Shown here piece by piece: positions 38,601 through 50,600 of a stretch of 64,000 bases of DNA; within the stretch, counting starts at the first letter, position 1; each line of letters begins with the position of its first letter. The stretch is from Iphione sp. A-MEVVRFRX5 (taxonomy: Eukaryota): positions 25,668,001 through 25,732,000 of the forward strand of contig OZ320320.1 in the NCBI GenBank assembly GCA_976226885.1, read 5' to 3'. Below the pieces are notes generated by a model, which was not told where the DNA came from, did no database searches, and saw only the letters and a list, made by a program, of their open reading frames with translations. Made by a program: the position numbers and the translations under genes.

Positions 38601-41600
38601 TTTAATAAGTACATAAGCCCCTAGATTACTTTTCGGGCAGATATTTGATCATTTCTTTGTGGCAGGAAAGTTACTTATTTGGCTGTTAGGATTTGAAGCA
38701 TGTCTTCATATCAGACAAGGAAAATTAAACAGTTTCGGTTAATTGCTGTAACAGGTCATCCATTGCGAGTCATCAATATGAACCAACAGAGCGACAGTAC
38801 GGACCTGCTTGGAGGGTAAGACCCCAGCTTACTTTCATTGTGATTTTCTTCCATTTTTTTAGTATATACCAGTTGGTGATTTTTTGTTGTATTCTGCCTG
38901 CGGCTGTCTTTCTGACTGTCTGTCTGTGTCTGTCTCTCCCTATCTATCCTCTATCCTCTCTATCTCGTTACCTACTTCTATGTCGTTGACGTAAATTAAA
39001 GTAAATTCTAAACACTGAACAGAGCTAAAGGTCTGCCTTTATCCGATTTAGGATGAATCCTTAAATCCTTAATATTTCAGTGTGAACTGAAACAAAGTGA
39101 AACTCATTACACCTGATATTTGAAATAGGTATAAGCCTGTCGACCTCCGCTTCGTCTTTGCACCATTATGGGAGAAGTTCCAGGTGCAGTTCTGCAAGAC
39201 GTTTTCCAGAAGCAAGAATCTCAAATACCTGGGACACATACAGGTGAATTGCTTCATCTATGTAACGAGTTTCAATCTGAAGTAATCTGTTTGAATATAG
39301 TACTAAAATGATGCTAGATTCTGACCATTGTATGGCAAATTACTTTGAATGCTAATTTTAGTTGCCTTTCGAAATTCTCTCCAAAATTCATTTATTCGGT
39401 GTTCATGCATTGACTGATATATTGCACACTTTGTTTTTATAATAGGAAGTTCTCTTTGAACTTGATCTAACTGCCGTGGTCTCTTTTCACAAACAGACTT
39501 AACCCTGAGTCAGAAACTAAATAAAACTGCTCATGTCATGCCAGATTATTCTTAACATGGCATTACACTGATAAGGTTATTGCCTACTCATACAAGCGTA
39601 TCAGTTACTCAGGCCATTTGTAGGTACATTCAGTTGTCTCTCTTGTTCTAGGAGTGTTTCTCAAGACAGCGTTGGTCCATGGTGACCAAACTCATGCAGC
39701 ACTCCCAGGAGGCAGCGGTCGCCAAGTGTGACGCAGGTGAGGAATCTACCTGAGGGAATGTAGTTGTAGGATGTAAGAAATGTAAAGCCACATGGCACAG
39801 TCGCGTGTACCCACTGCCTAACACTGGAGTTCTCTTTGCCTTTAGACGCAGAGGCCAGAGAGGAGTGGGAAGCAGTTGGCAGAAAACTTGAGCAACTTCG
39901 TATCCAACTTAAACAGTCACAAAGTGCACTGGCCTTTACATTCGTGGAGGTAAGTAACACAGACATGAAGAAGAGGTGAATCGATTAGTTTTTACTTCAG
40001 TCAGCATAGAGCCTCATCATATTGTACTATTAAATAATTTCCACAGCGCAAAACATTTTAAAATGTTTCCCTCCCACTGGACTATACACGTACTTATGTA
40101 CAATGCAACGCGACTACATGTGTTCCTAGTTGTGCTGTATTTAGGGAGCGTCAAACCAGATAGCACTACCGGATAAGTAGTAAATATCACGAGAGGCTAC
40201 TGGTAAACCTTGTACCAACCACGGTATATATTTACTGAAATAGTTTTAACTCGAGTGACTGGTTCCAGGGAAGCCTTGTGAGGGCACTCCGCCAGGGGGA
40301 GTGGGTGCTGCTCGACGAGATCAACCTGGCCACAGCAGAGACGCTTGAGTGCCTCAGTGGACTTCTTGAGAGCAGCTCAGGCTCTGTCGTCCTCATGGAG
40401 CGAGGGTAAGTCGGCGATTGATTGATTGATTTCCAGTTTGTGCCCCTTGAGACAAGGGTTCTTTGGCTTTGGGCCAGAACAATTCTGATGATAGTGGGCT
40501 TCAGTCGCACAGAGTAGTGTCGGTGCTTGGCATTTCACACTTTAATACCAAAGGTGGACACTAGGTGTCTACCTGAGATATAGTCCAGGTGGCGCCACTG
40601 TTGACTGCAATACCCATAAGCACTTGGTGCCATGTGGACCATATCTCAATTAGACACCTGTGTCCACCTTCGGGTACAAAGTCAAGACCACATTCCACTG
40701 GTAAGTTCTTGTAATGTACTAATTTAAAATGGAATTAAAGAGATTAGGATAGAAGGAAACAATTTCTATTTGATTTTATTAGAAAAACCAGTCTGTTTTC
40801 CCTTTTTGGTTGTAGTATGTGACATTTGAGCTTTGCTGAAAGTAGTTACTGACTGATGGTATTAGTGGCCCTTTTGGGAATTCACTGCACACTGAAGTTT
40901 ACGAATATGTCGCTTTATACTTGTCACTTTCTAGGGACACGGAACCCATAGTGCGGCATCCTGATTTCCGTCTGTTTGCCTGTATGAACCCAGCTACCGA
41001 CGTCGGCAAGAAAGACCTGCCTCCTGGCATCAGAAACAGGTAGCAAAACTGATTTCTCTGTCATTTAATATGGACTGGTGCAAGGGCTTATTATAGTTTT
41101 CAAGTCTGAAATATACTTGAGATGGATTGTTGATATTAAAACTTGCACTGAGTGCAGTGTAAGGTTAGCATTTGAGATGCCTTTATTCCATTTCGCATGG
41201 TAAAACAAATATTTATGAGACTAGAAATTCCCACATTGCTGATTGTTCTTTTACACTCGTGCTCAAAATCTCGTGTAAAAAGAAGTACTCATAGGTTCAC
41301 TCTGAAATTTTCCCCACCTTTTGTATGGAGGAATGGAAAAAAATTCACAGTTTGTAGTACCAGTGCAAAATGCCAGCATGATATGTTCAGACACTCGCAC
41401 TGTCACATTTAATGCTTTTCTCCCACATCCAAGAAATGGTGAAGGCCGGATTTCGTGATGAGACCACTGCATGTGTTATGAATTGAGTTTGGGTGTTGCT
41501 GTTCTTCTAGGTTCACGGAGCTGTTCGTGGACGAGCTGGAGGAGGAGGCCGACCTGCGTGTGTTGGTGGCAGAGTACCTGAAAGGACTGGCCCTCACTAC

Positions 41601-44600
41601 CAGTCAGGTGGACGGTATCGTGCGTTTCTACCTCACCATCCGCCAGCAGGCTGTACGTAGTCTGACCGACGGCACAGGCCACCGACCCCACTACAGGTAT
41701 CTTCTGTAGGGTTATTGTGTGTGCGTGCGTGTGTGCGTGCGCGCGTGTGTGTTAGTGTGTGTGTGCGCGAGTGCGTGTGTGTGTTGTGTGCGTGCATGTG
41801 TGTTCATGTGTATGTCTGTTTATTTGTGCAGACATTTTTTTTCCTTGCAGTGTTTATGTGTTTACTCACAAACATTTTTATGCATGCGTCTGGCTGTTTA
41901 GGGCGTGTGTATGTTCTTCAATAATTTGATGAGATTGTTGTAAATACTGCTAAAAGTAGCATTGGAAATCATCCATGTTGCGATATTTCTCTCAAGATTA
42001 CTTCTTTGTGTTCTCCCAACAGTTTACGTACCTTGTGTCGGGCATTGAGACAGGCTGCCAAGCATCTTGGAGGCAGCGCCCTGGGCTCGCTGTATGATGT
42101 AGGTCCATTATCATACCTTGACGGTCTAGTTCAGTCAGCACTGCTCTTAGTTAAACTGTGGCTTCATTAATCACCCCTTTCATGTGCTATATGGCTCATT
42201 ACATAATGTTTAAGGGAGTTTATGTTATTTTTATTTTATTTTGAAAGGAAAAGTAAATATGAAAATAACGACCATTTTATCTACGCACTGAGGTCCAATT
42301 GAAAATCTTCCGTGTGTTGTAAAATGTTGGAACTCAATAAACTTTGACCAGGCAGTTAATCAACATGTCAGTTATATAGCGCTTCCCATCCTCATTCGTT
42401 CCTCTCTTGTGATCATTCGGCACTTTTGGTGAGGTCAGGAACTTTTAAGTTGTCCTTGGTGGTCCAATATACTATATGAGCAGGGTAAAACACATGCTCC
42501 TTGCATGCCAAGCTGTTTGATGTCTAAGCCGGTGCAGTGTTCAGAGAATTTTTGACTATGGCTAAATTTCCATGTGCAAATGCCACAATGAAGCACGTAG
42601 GCGTATTTGCAGTGTGTGTTTTGAATACATGAATATACACACATGTATCCATGTAGGCATGTAAAACGAATACATAGTGAAAGTACAGTGGTTATCGGAT
42701 TATTTTAACAGCCCCCCCCCAGGTGGCCTAGTGAGGGTGAGAGCCCCGGGCTTTGATGTCAACATTGCAAATCAAAGCTGTAAGTTGGCTGGTTTATAGT
42801 TTGTATTGTCCATATATAATTGCGTCTATCATTCCCAGGGTTTCTGCCTGAGTTTCTTGACGGAGCTGGACCGGTCCTCATACCCAGTCGTTGAGGGTCT
42901 CATCGCTCAACATGTTGTGGGAAAAACAAATTTAAAGTCGCTTCTGAAGGCAGGCAGGCCAGAACCACGTGGCCATTCACATCTCCTGTTTGAAGGGTGA
43001 GTTCGGTTCCAGATGTTTATACCTGTGTATGCACACTGAAATGTTTTAATTATTTCTTTTTCTGTTAGCTCATCAAAAAATAGCAGATGGTCTACACAAC
43101 GGAGTGGTACATCGCTGAAAGCAACATTTCCATAGGTTTATTCAGAGAAAACCTCTGTACTTGAGTAATGTTCAGAAGGTATGGTCAGCCTTCATCATCC
43201 AGCCTCTCCAGCCACAGTGCGTTTAGTCCAGATGAGAAGGGTATCCAGATGGTGACGGTAATAATAGGTGATGACTGCTCGCATCGAATTCAGCCTGGCA
43301 TAGGTAGGAAGCCAGGAAGCAGTTCTGGAAGGCTGACTGTATACATGTATATGTAGTCTTTTAAGTTACAAAACATGATGAAACGTAGTGCTTACATGGC
43401 TCAGTAAGTATGCCATATGTTTACACTTGGTAGCAATGTTGGTAGTTGTTTTGGGATGCAGGATCAAGCACGGTTTTCATTTTTCTGATGTCTTTATACT
43501 TGAAGCGTTTAATTGTGTGCATGTGTATATATGTATACATGCATTATCACTCCAGTAGATTGATCTATTAGATTCCGTTTCTCGTCAGTCTATTTTACTA
43601 GCCTGCCGTCTCGCTGCAGTGGTCCCCTGTAAGAAACTGTAAGAAGCGTCATGTGCTAATGGAAGTGTTTGTCATTCTTTCTCAGATTCTGGATAGCCAA
43701 GGGCCCGATGGAGCCACACATTCCCAAGGACTACATCATGACCCCATCCGTGCGGGCCAACCTCCGGGATCTGGCCCGGGTCGTCTCAGCTGGGTGAGTG
43801 TTCACCTCCTCGCTCTACACATTTACAAACTTCGTGCTGTATTCTTACAGTCCAAGTGTATGGGTTGCTATGGTTGGTCTCCTCTGACGTGTGTCGGCTG
43901 GGGGTTAACTTAACTTTAGTATCAGAGGTGGACACCAGGTTTTAACTAAGAATTGCTGGTAAACAGGATCTCTGACTCGCGTTACGTGACCTAGGTCCTC
44001 TGCAACCAAGTTGAACACACAAGAACTAAACTAATGTAGTACACATGTACTTGGTACTCCATGCACATCTAACAGCATCAACATATCTGGTATTTCTCCT
44101 AGTTAGGACAGCCAGTCATTGGTGATTTTTGCTGTGCAGATGTCACCCAGTCTTGCTGCAGGGAGAGACCTCGGTGGGTAAGACGAGCCTGATCACGTGG
44201 CTGGCTAAGGCCACTGGTAATGTGTGCGTGCGCATCAACAACCACGAACACACCGACCTGCAGGAGTATGTGGGGTGCTATGCTGCAAACGCCAGTGGGA
44301 GGCTGGTGTTCAAGGAAGGTCAGTAACAAACACCTTAATGCTCTTGGGGGATCCGCTGTAATCTCATGTAAAAGACTCGTTGAAGTTTATTGTATAGTTG
44401 TGTTACAGTGTCTCCACTCTCAAAGACTATTGCCAAGAGAATACGTAGCCCGAGCACGAAAAATACGTAAAGATGTTTTCTCATTACGAAAGGTATGTGA
44501 ACAGCCTGATGTAGATTCCAGCTTAGTGACATCGCGGTGGTAGGTTTGATGACAAAACTATGGGGAAATGGCATTGGGTTGACATTTCAGGAGTGGTGAC

Positions 44601-47600
44601 CTCCTTGTCCGACGAGAGGAAGCAAATCATTATGATAAGAGCGTGTGGTTAGTTACGTGTGGGAATATTTACTGCCTCTAAGTTTATGTGTTTACATACA
44701 CATACATGCGTATCTGTGTTTGTTTTCTCCCGGAGAGTAGTAATGATCTGTAATGTATTTCTGAAGAGGAATTTATTGAATGGAATGCTACGACGCAGGT
44801 TTCTTTCCAATACGTCGAACTGGGGTTACGCTTCCCCACTGTCGTCAGCGTCACTGTGTACGACACCAGTACTCTCTTAACATGGTGAGTGTGTACGTAG
44901 GTGTCTCACATTGTCTGGCTCCGTTCACAGGTGTGCTTGTCGAGGCAATGAAGAAAGGTCACTGGGTCATCCTGGACGAACTCAACTTAGCACCCACCGA
45001 CGTTCTCGAGGCACTCAACAGAGTGAGTGGAAATTAAAGACGTTTATATTCGTCAGTGGTCATCGGTAGTTATGTGTTGATGTCCCCAGGATGTATGTGT
45101 AACTGTATGTATGTCATTGTGGAGACAGGTTTATAACAGATGTACATGAAGGCCAGGGTATGGATGCCCTGACCTGTTTGTGCCTTCTTCCACGTAACTG
45201 GTATTTGATAATATCCTAGTATGAATCTGAACAAGTACCAGTGGCAGACACCTGTGTCTGCTCAGTGGTAAGTCATGATTACGTTTCACTGGTCAGTTCA
45301 CCTAGTCTGCTAATTTATTTTCCCTTCAAATAAACTCAAGTATAGCGTTCGTCAGATCGCGTTTTGGTGATTCGATGTTCAAAGTGATTGTCAAGGTTTT
45401 TGCGGACTTAAAAACTATAAGGGTCATCATCCCTGTGGATAATGTCTCGAGCTGTTATCATCAGATAGTGAGCAACTGAGTAGCTTCCATTTTGATTCAG
45501 TTTTCATGACTTTTACTCGGCAGTTGCTGGATGACAACCGGGAGTTATTCGTCGCAGAGACCCAGGAGGTGGTGAAGGCCCACCCCCGCTTCATGCTGCT
45601 CGCCACACAGAACCCTCCCGGCTTGTACGGAGGTCGCAAGGTGAGCCTTCTCTCCGCCTTACGGTGACCGGGCTGACTTCGTCTGTATCCTATTAAATTG
45701 CACATTACAACACGTTGTGGAGTAAAAAAAGCAAACTTAATGTCGAATCTATTGTGCTGAAATTTTACAAGTACATGTACATGTACATATCCCAGTATGC
45801 CATATTTTATTGGTTATACATAAACTAAACGGTCAGATTGTTCCGGTCGATCCATTTAACGCCATGTTAGCAGTAACTCCGGAACCAACGGGAATCCACC
45901 CAGGTTGTCACTGTTTTTGCAACTCCTTTTCATAGCCATCTTGCATTCGCCTATGCATTTTCATGTGGTTCCTCTCTCATGGCCATGTGAAGATCAGATA
46001 TGAAAGTACACCTTCCAGTGAGGGAAAAAAACCCATCCTGAGATAGTCGCTTTCCTTACATTCACTCACAAATCGAACGGATGTTCTCACACGTGTGTGT
46101 ACGTGTTTTTTTCTTATAAACTAGGTGTTGTCACGCGCCTTCAGAAACCGATTCGTGGAGCTGCACTTTGACGACATCCCAAGTGCCGAGTTGGAGACGA
46201 TTCTCCATGAGCGCTGCAGTCTGCCTCCCTCCTATGCCAAGCGTCTCGTCGCCGTCATGTTAGAATTACAGGTGACTAACCTCAGGCTAGCCCCATTATC
46301 GACCTTATATGTACGTGTTTCCAGTCCGTGTTGACACTCGCACAAGCCCCAGTCAAAACGGAACCCGGATTCACACAGGTTGTGAGAGTGCAGACACGGG
46401 ATGAGAAACATGTGCACGTGGAAATGGTCGCTTGTTGTCTTGCATGATGTTCCATATTGTAGTTGTTAGCGAGGAAAGGTTCTGTCAAGGTTCACACACC
46501 ATTGGCAGCAAGTAAAGTCCTACAGTGATCTCTTGATCTGTTATGTTGTTCGCCGTGGCAACACTGGACTCGTCAGGTTAAAAAATGCGTGAGAAAAGAG
46601 CCTCAAGGAAGGAGAGCCAGAGGAATACGCTGAAATGTCTGCAGTGTACATGATTGCAGGTGTACTCGTACATTTTATATGCCCGTCGATTTTGTCTTCT
46701 ATGAACTTTATCATTGGATTATTCCTGCTTTTTCTAGACCTAAACCTTTCTTTGAGTAGAAATATCCATTAATCGAAAAACGTAGTAGGACTGGTTAGCA
46801 TAGAACGCTGTGGCATTTATACTCAGGTTTTTTTTAATGATACGGGCAATGTTCCCTTCTCTGTTGTGTGCTACCTAGTTGTCTTTAAGTTGCGACATCC
46901 TTTCTTGCACAGACTCTGCGGCGTGGCTCAGGTGTGTTTGCTGGTAAGCAGGGTTTCATTACACTGAGGGACCTGTTCCGCTGGGCCGAACGCTACCGGA
47001 GAGACAGCCACGGCGATCAGAAGGGCTTCTTTGACTGGGATCAGCAGCTCGCTGACAATGGTAAGTCAAATTCAAATTCCAAACTACCTGGTGCAGTTCC
47101 CCGGGAACACTGTTAGGGCCGCTGATTGCCAATGATGCTGTTTCTGAATGGTCCATGCTCATTAAGTGACTCGTGACAGTACGATTGCTGGATGATGATG
47201 TCACTGTCAAATGCTGTTTCGTGTTGCTAACATCGGTGATGTGTCTTTTGAGTAATGATCTAAAGTCGCTTATGCACAACACATATCACCACATCCACAT
47301 TTACATAATCTGCAATGCAGTGTGGTGTCATTGTGGCCAAGCAGGCACCCTCATACCTGAATACTTATCTGTAAAGGATACATGTTGCTGGCGGGTCGCG
47401 TGCGGCGACCGGAAGAGGAAGTGCTCATCCGCACTGTCATTGCGAAGCACCTCCGCCGCTCTGTCGACCCTGATCGACTTTTCGGGCTCGGCGACGGTCC
47501 TTCGCCGACGACCGCGGCCGTGCTAGGTCACGTGCTCGCCCGCCCTCCCCCTGGCTTCGGTCACGTGGTATGGACTCGCAATATGCGGCGCATGGCGGCG

Positions 47601-50600
47601 CTGGTGGGGCAGGCATTGGAGTATGGAGAGCCCGTCTTGTTAGTCGGGGAGACTGGGTAAGTGGCTTCGTGAGTGGCAGTAATGTCTACGGTTGTGAACG
47701 GCCTACGTGTGTTCATAGAAGTTTACCCTTGAGAATGAACATACAGATGCATTGTCTTATTTTTAATGATAATTTTGTGTCCATTCCTTAAGATTAAGCG
47801 CGCCTGTAAAATGCATATTAAATTTCCTGTAGATTTCTTGTTCGTCTTTCGTTCAAAGGTAACACATTTAGAACATATATACATGTACATGTGCTTTGGT
47901 TTTCCGTCTGTCCACGTTTGTGCTTCCCCCATGGGTTGCCCTGCTTCCATCTCGCCGCCTCTATTCAATTCAATTTTTACCGTGATTTTAACTCACTATA
48001 AGCCCTCTAGAGTGCGTATCATAGTCATTTGTGTGTCAATCTCTGTGTAGGTGCGGTAAGACCACGGTCTGTCAGCTGTACTCATCACTACAGGGGAGCC
48101 AGTTGCACACTGTCAACTGTCACCAACACACAGAGAGTGCTGACTTCCTGGGTGGCCTCAGGCCCGTGCGCCATCAACAGGTGTGTCACCCACACATATG
48201 CATACAGACACGCATGCGCACACATACACACAAAACACTATTTGTCACCAGTCCTCTTACAGCATGTTCTTAAGTACAGAGCTTGCGTCCAGATGTACTA
48301 TATAAAGCAATGCTTGTATATATATCCAAAAACCGCACACCTGAAGAAGGGGATGAAGAGCCGAAAGCTTGTGATCAGTTTACGTCAAAAAGTGTATGCC
48401 TCTCAAAGTTCATATATTCGCACTGACAACTATACTTTAATATTTGCTGCAATTTCCTCTTCTATAAACTAAAAAGGCCTTTGCAATTATTTTTTGGTTT
48501 TTAGATTGTACACTTAGAGTATCTGAAATTAGAGTACTTAGAGTACACTGAGTATCTGAAAAAAAAATGCTTTATACAAGAAGCCTCCATTGGTTAAATT
48601 CTTTTGCCATCGTGGAAATGAATGTTGCATTACAATTGCATGAGCTGAGATCACTTCAGCAAATCAAGCTACTTCCTTTTAACACAACACATGTACATGG
48701 TACATGTTTTATTTTCCCAGGAAGTTGACGGGAGGACCAAGGGACAACAGTCGAGCCAGCGCCTGTTTGAATGGGTGGACGGCCCCCTGGTGAAGGCCAT
48801 GCGGGCAGGCAGCATGCTTCTGGTGGACGAGATCTCGCTTGCCGACGACTCGGTGTTGGAGCGGCTCAATTCAGTACTCGAACCAGAGCGCACCCTGGTG
48901 CTGGCCGAGAAGGGCAGTGGCAGTGGCGACGGCGAGGGCGACGCGGCCGGCGGAGAGGTGGACGAAGTGGAGGTGCTCCGAGCAGCTCCCGGGTTCCGAG
49001 TCTTCGCCACAATGAACCCTGGAGGGGACTACGGCAAGAAGGAGGTACGTTCTACACCATTACAGATTTCGAGGCTTTACCTGAATTCTTTTCCCTTCAC
49101 AGAGAAATGTATTTTGTATAAAAGTTGTGATATATTAATAAGTGGGTTACACAAACTTACAGTGAAGTGTGACCTTGACTTTGTACCAGTATTAGAAGCC
49201 TAAGACAGGTCTGAACTGAGTGGTCCACAACTCGTAAAAAGGCTGTGGGTATATAGGATTCTGTTCCCTATGCATAAAAAGACCCCAGAAACCTATTCGA
49301 AATAAGAGTAGGGGACAACCCCGGGTATTCTAGTCTCTCAATTCTCTACAATAGATGGTAGTATGCTACCCCAGGAGGATATGGAAGATCCCTGTCGTAT
49401 GATAGGTGAATATATTCCTGGTAAAAGATACAATGAAATGAAATGAAATGAAACTGGGTGACTGCTAGAATAAAAGTGACAACAACCAAGATGGCTGACT
49501 GTGGTGGCACCACTGGGCTGTATCTCAGGGAGACACCTAGTGTCCTATGCTGGTACTAAAGTTCAAACATCAGACACGTTTTTCAGACAAGATACATCGT
49601 TTTCTGAAATATCATTTCATGATTTTGATTCGTTGTAGTAGTTAGGAAGTGAACTGAGTTAATGAAGTCCAGATCTTCATCCCGAATGTTAGACACATTT
49701 ACTCAATACACAATCTCTTGCACTCAACTAGCTATCGCCAGCCCTGAGGAACCGCTTCACAGAGATCTGGTGCCCGCAGAGTGATGCGCGCGCCGACCTG
49801 GTGGCAATCATAGAACACAACCTGAAGAGTGGCGTCAGACTGGGCCCACCAGGGGGCACCACCTCAGGCCTGGGCGATGCCATCATGGACTTCGTGGCGT
49901 GGTTTTCCAGCAATGACCTTGGCCGAAGGTACCAGTTTCTTTGTTTGTCGACCTAAACGACCTCACCTTTCTCTCAATTGATAGTATACAAGAATAATTT
50001 TCTTTAAAGGATTATCAATTCCGTTTAAGGACCATATGATTCCAGTATCACAATGCAGAAAAGGGATTGTACCATCGGGAAATTTCTTAGGTCTGTTTGC
50101 TTACGTAATCAGGTAATGCATACATGTATATATACATTGTACGATATTCTTTTGCTGAAAATGCGTAGACGGATGGTCACTCTTGCATAGAAATCTTAGC
50201 ACAAATCTCTCTTCCATTATCGAATAATTTCCTTTTACAATCATCATAGAGCATCCTGTCCAAATGCATGTATAATAACTTTTATAAACACTGAATCATA
50301 GAGGATTCTCTCTTGTCGTCAGGTGCACCGTGAGCATCCGTGACATCCTCTCCTGGGTGCACTTCATCAACACCACCTCGCAGGTGGGTGTCACCGAGGG
50401 AGAAGACGGGGAAGAGGCTGACATGGAGGTTGACCCGGACCCAGGCTCAGCCACTGTGGACCCCGTCGGTACATCAAGAAACCCAGACGTGCCGGACAGA
50501 GCCCCTCCACCACTTTCGCCCGCCTCCGCCTATATTCACGGCGCCTGCCTCGTCTTCCTGGACGCCCTGGGATCAGGTATGCAAGTGAAACGACAGCGTA

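Noticed and set aside
42712-42755. tRNA gene or SINE head (GGTGGCCTAGTG A-box-like)
   Set aside because: No B box and no cloverleaf.
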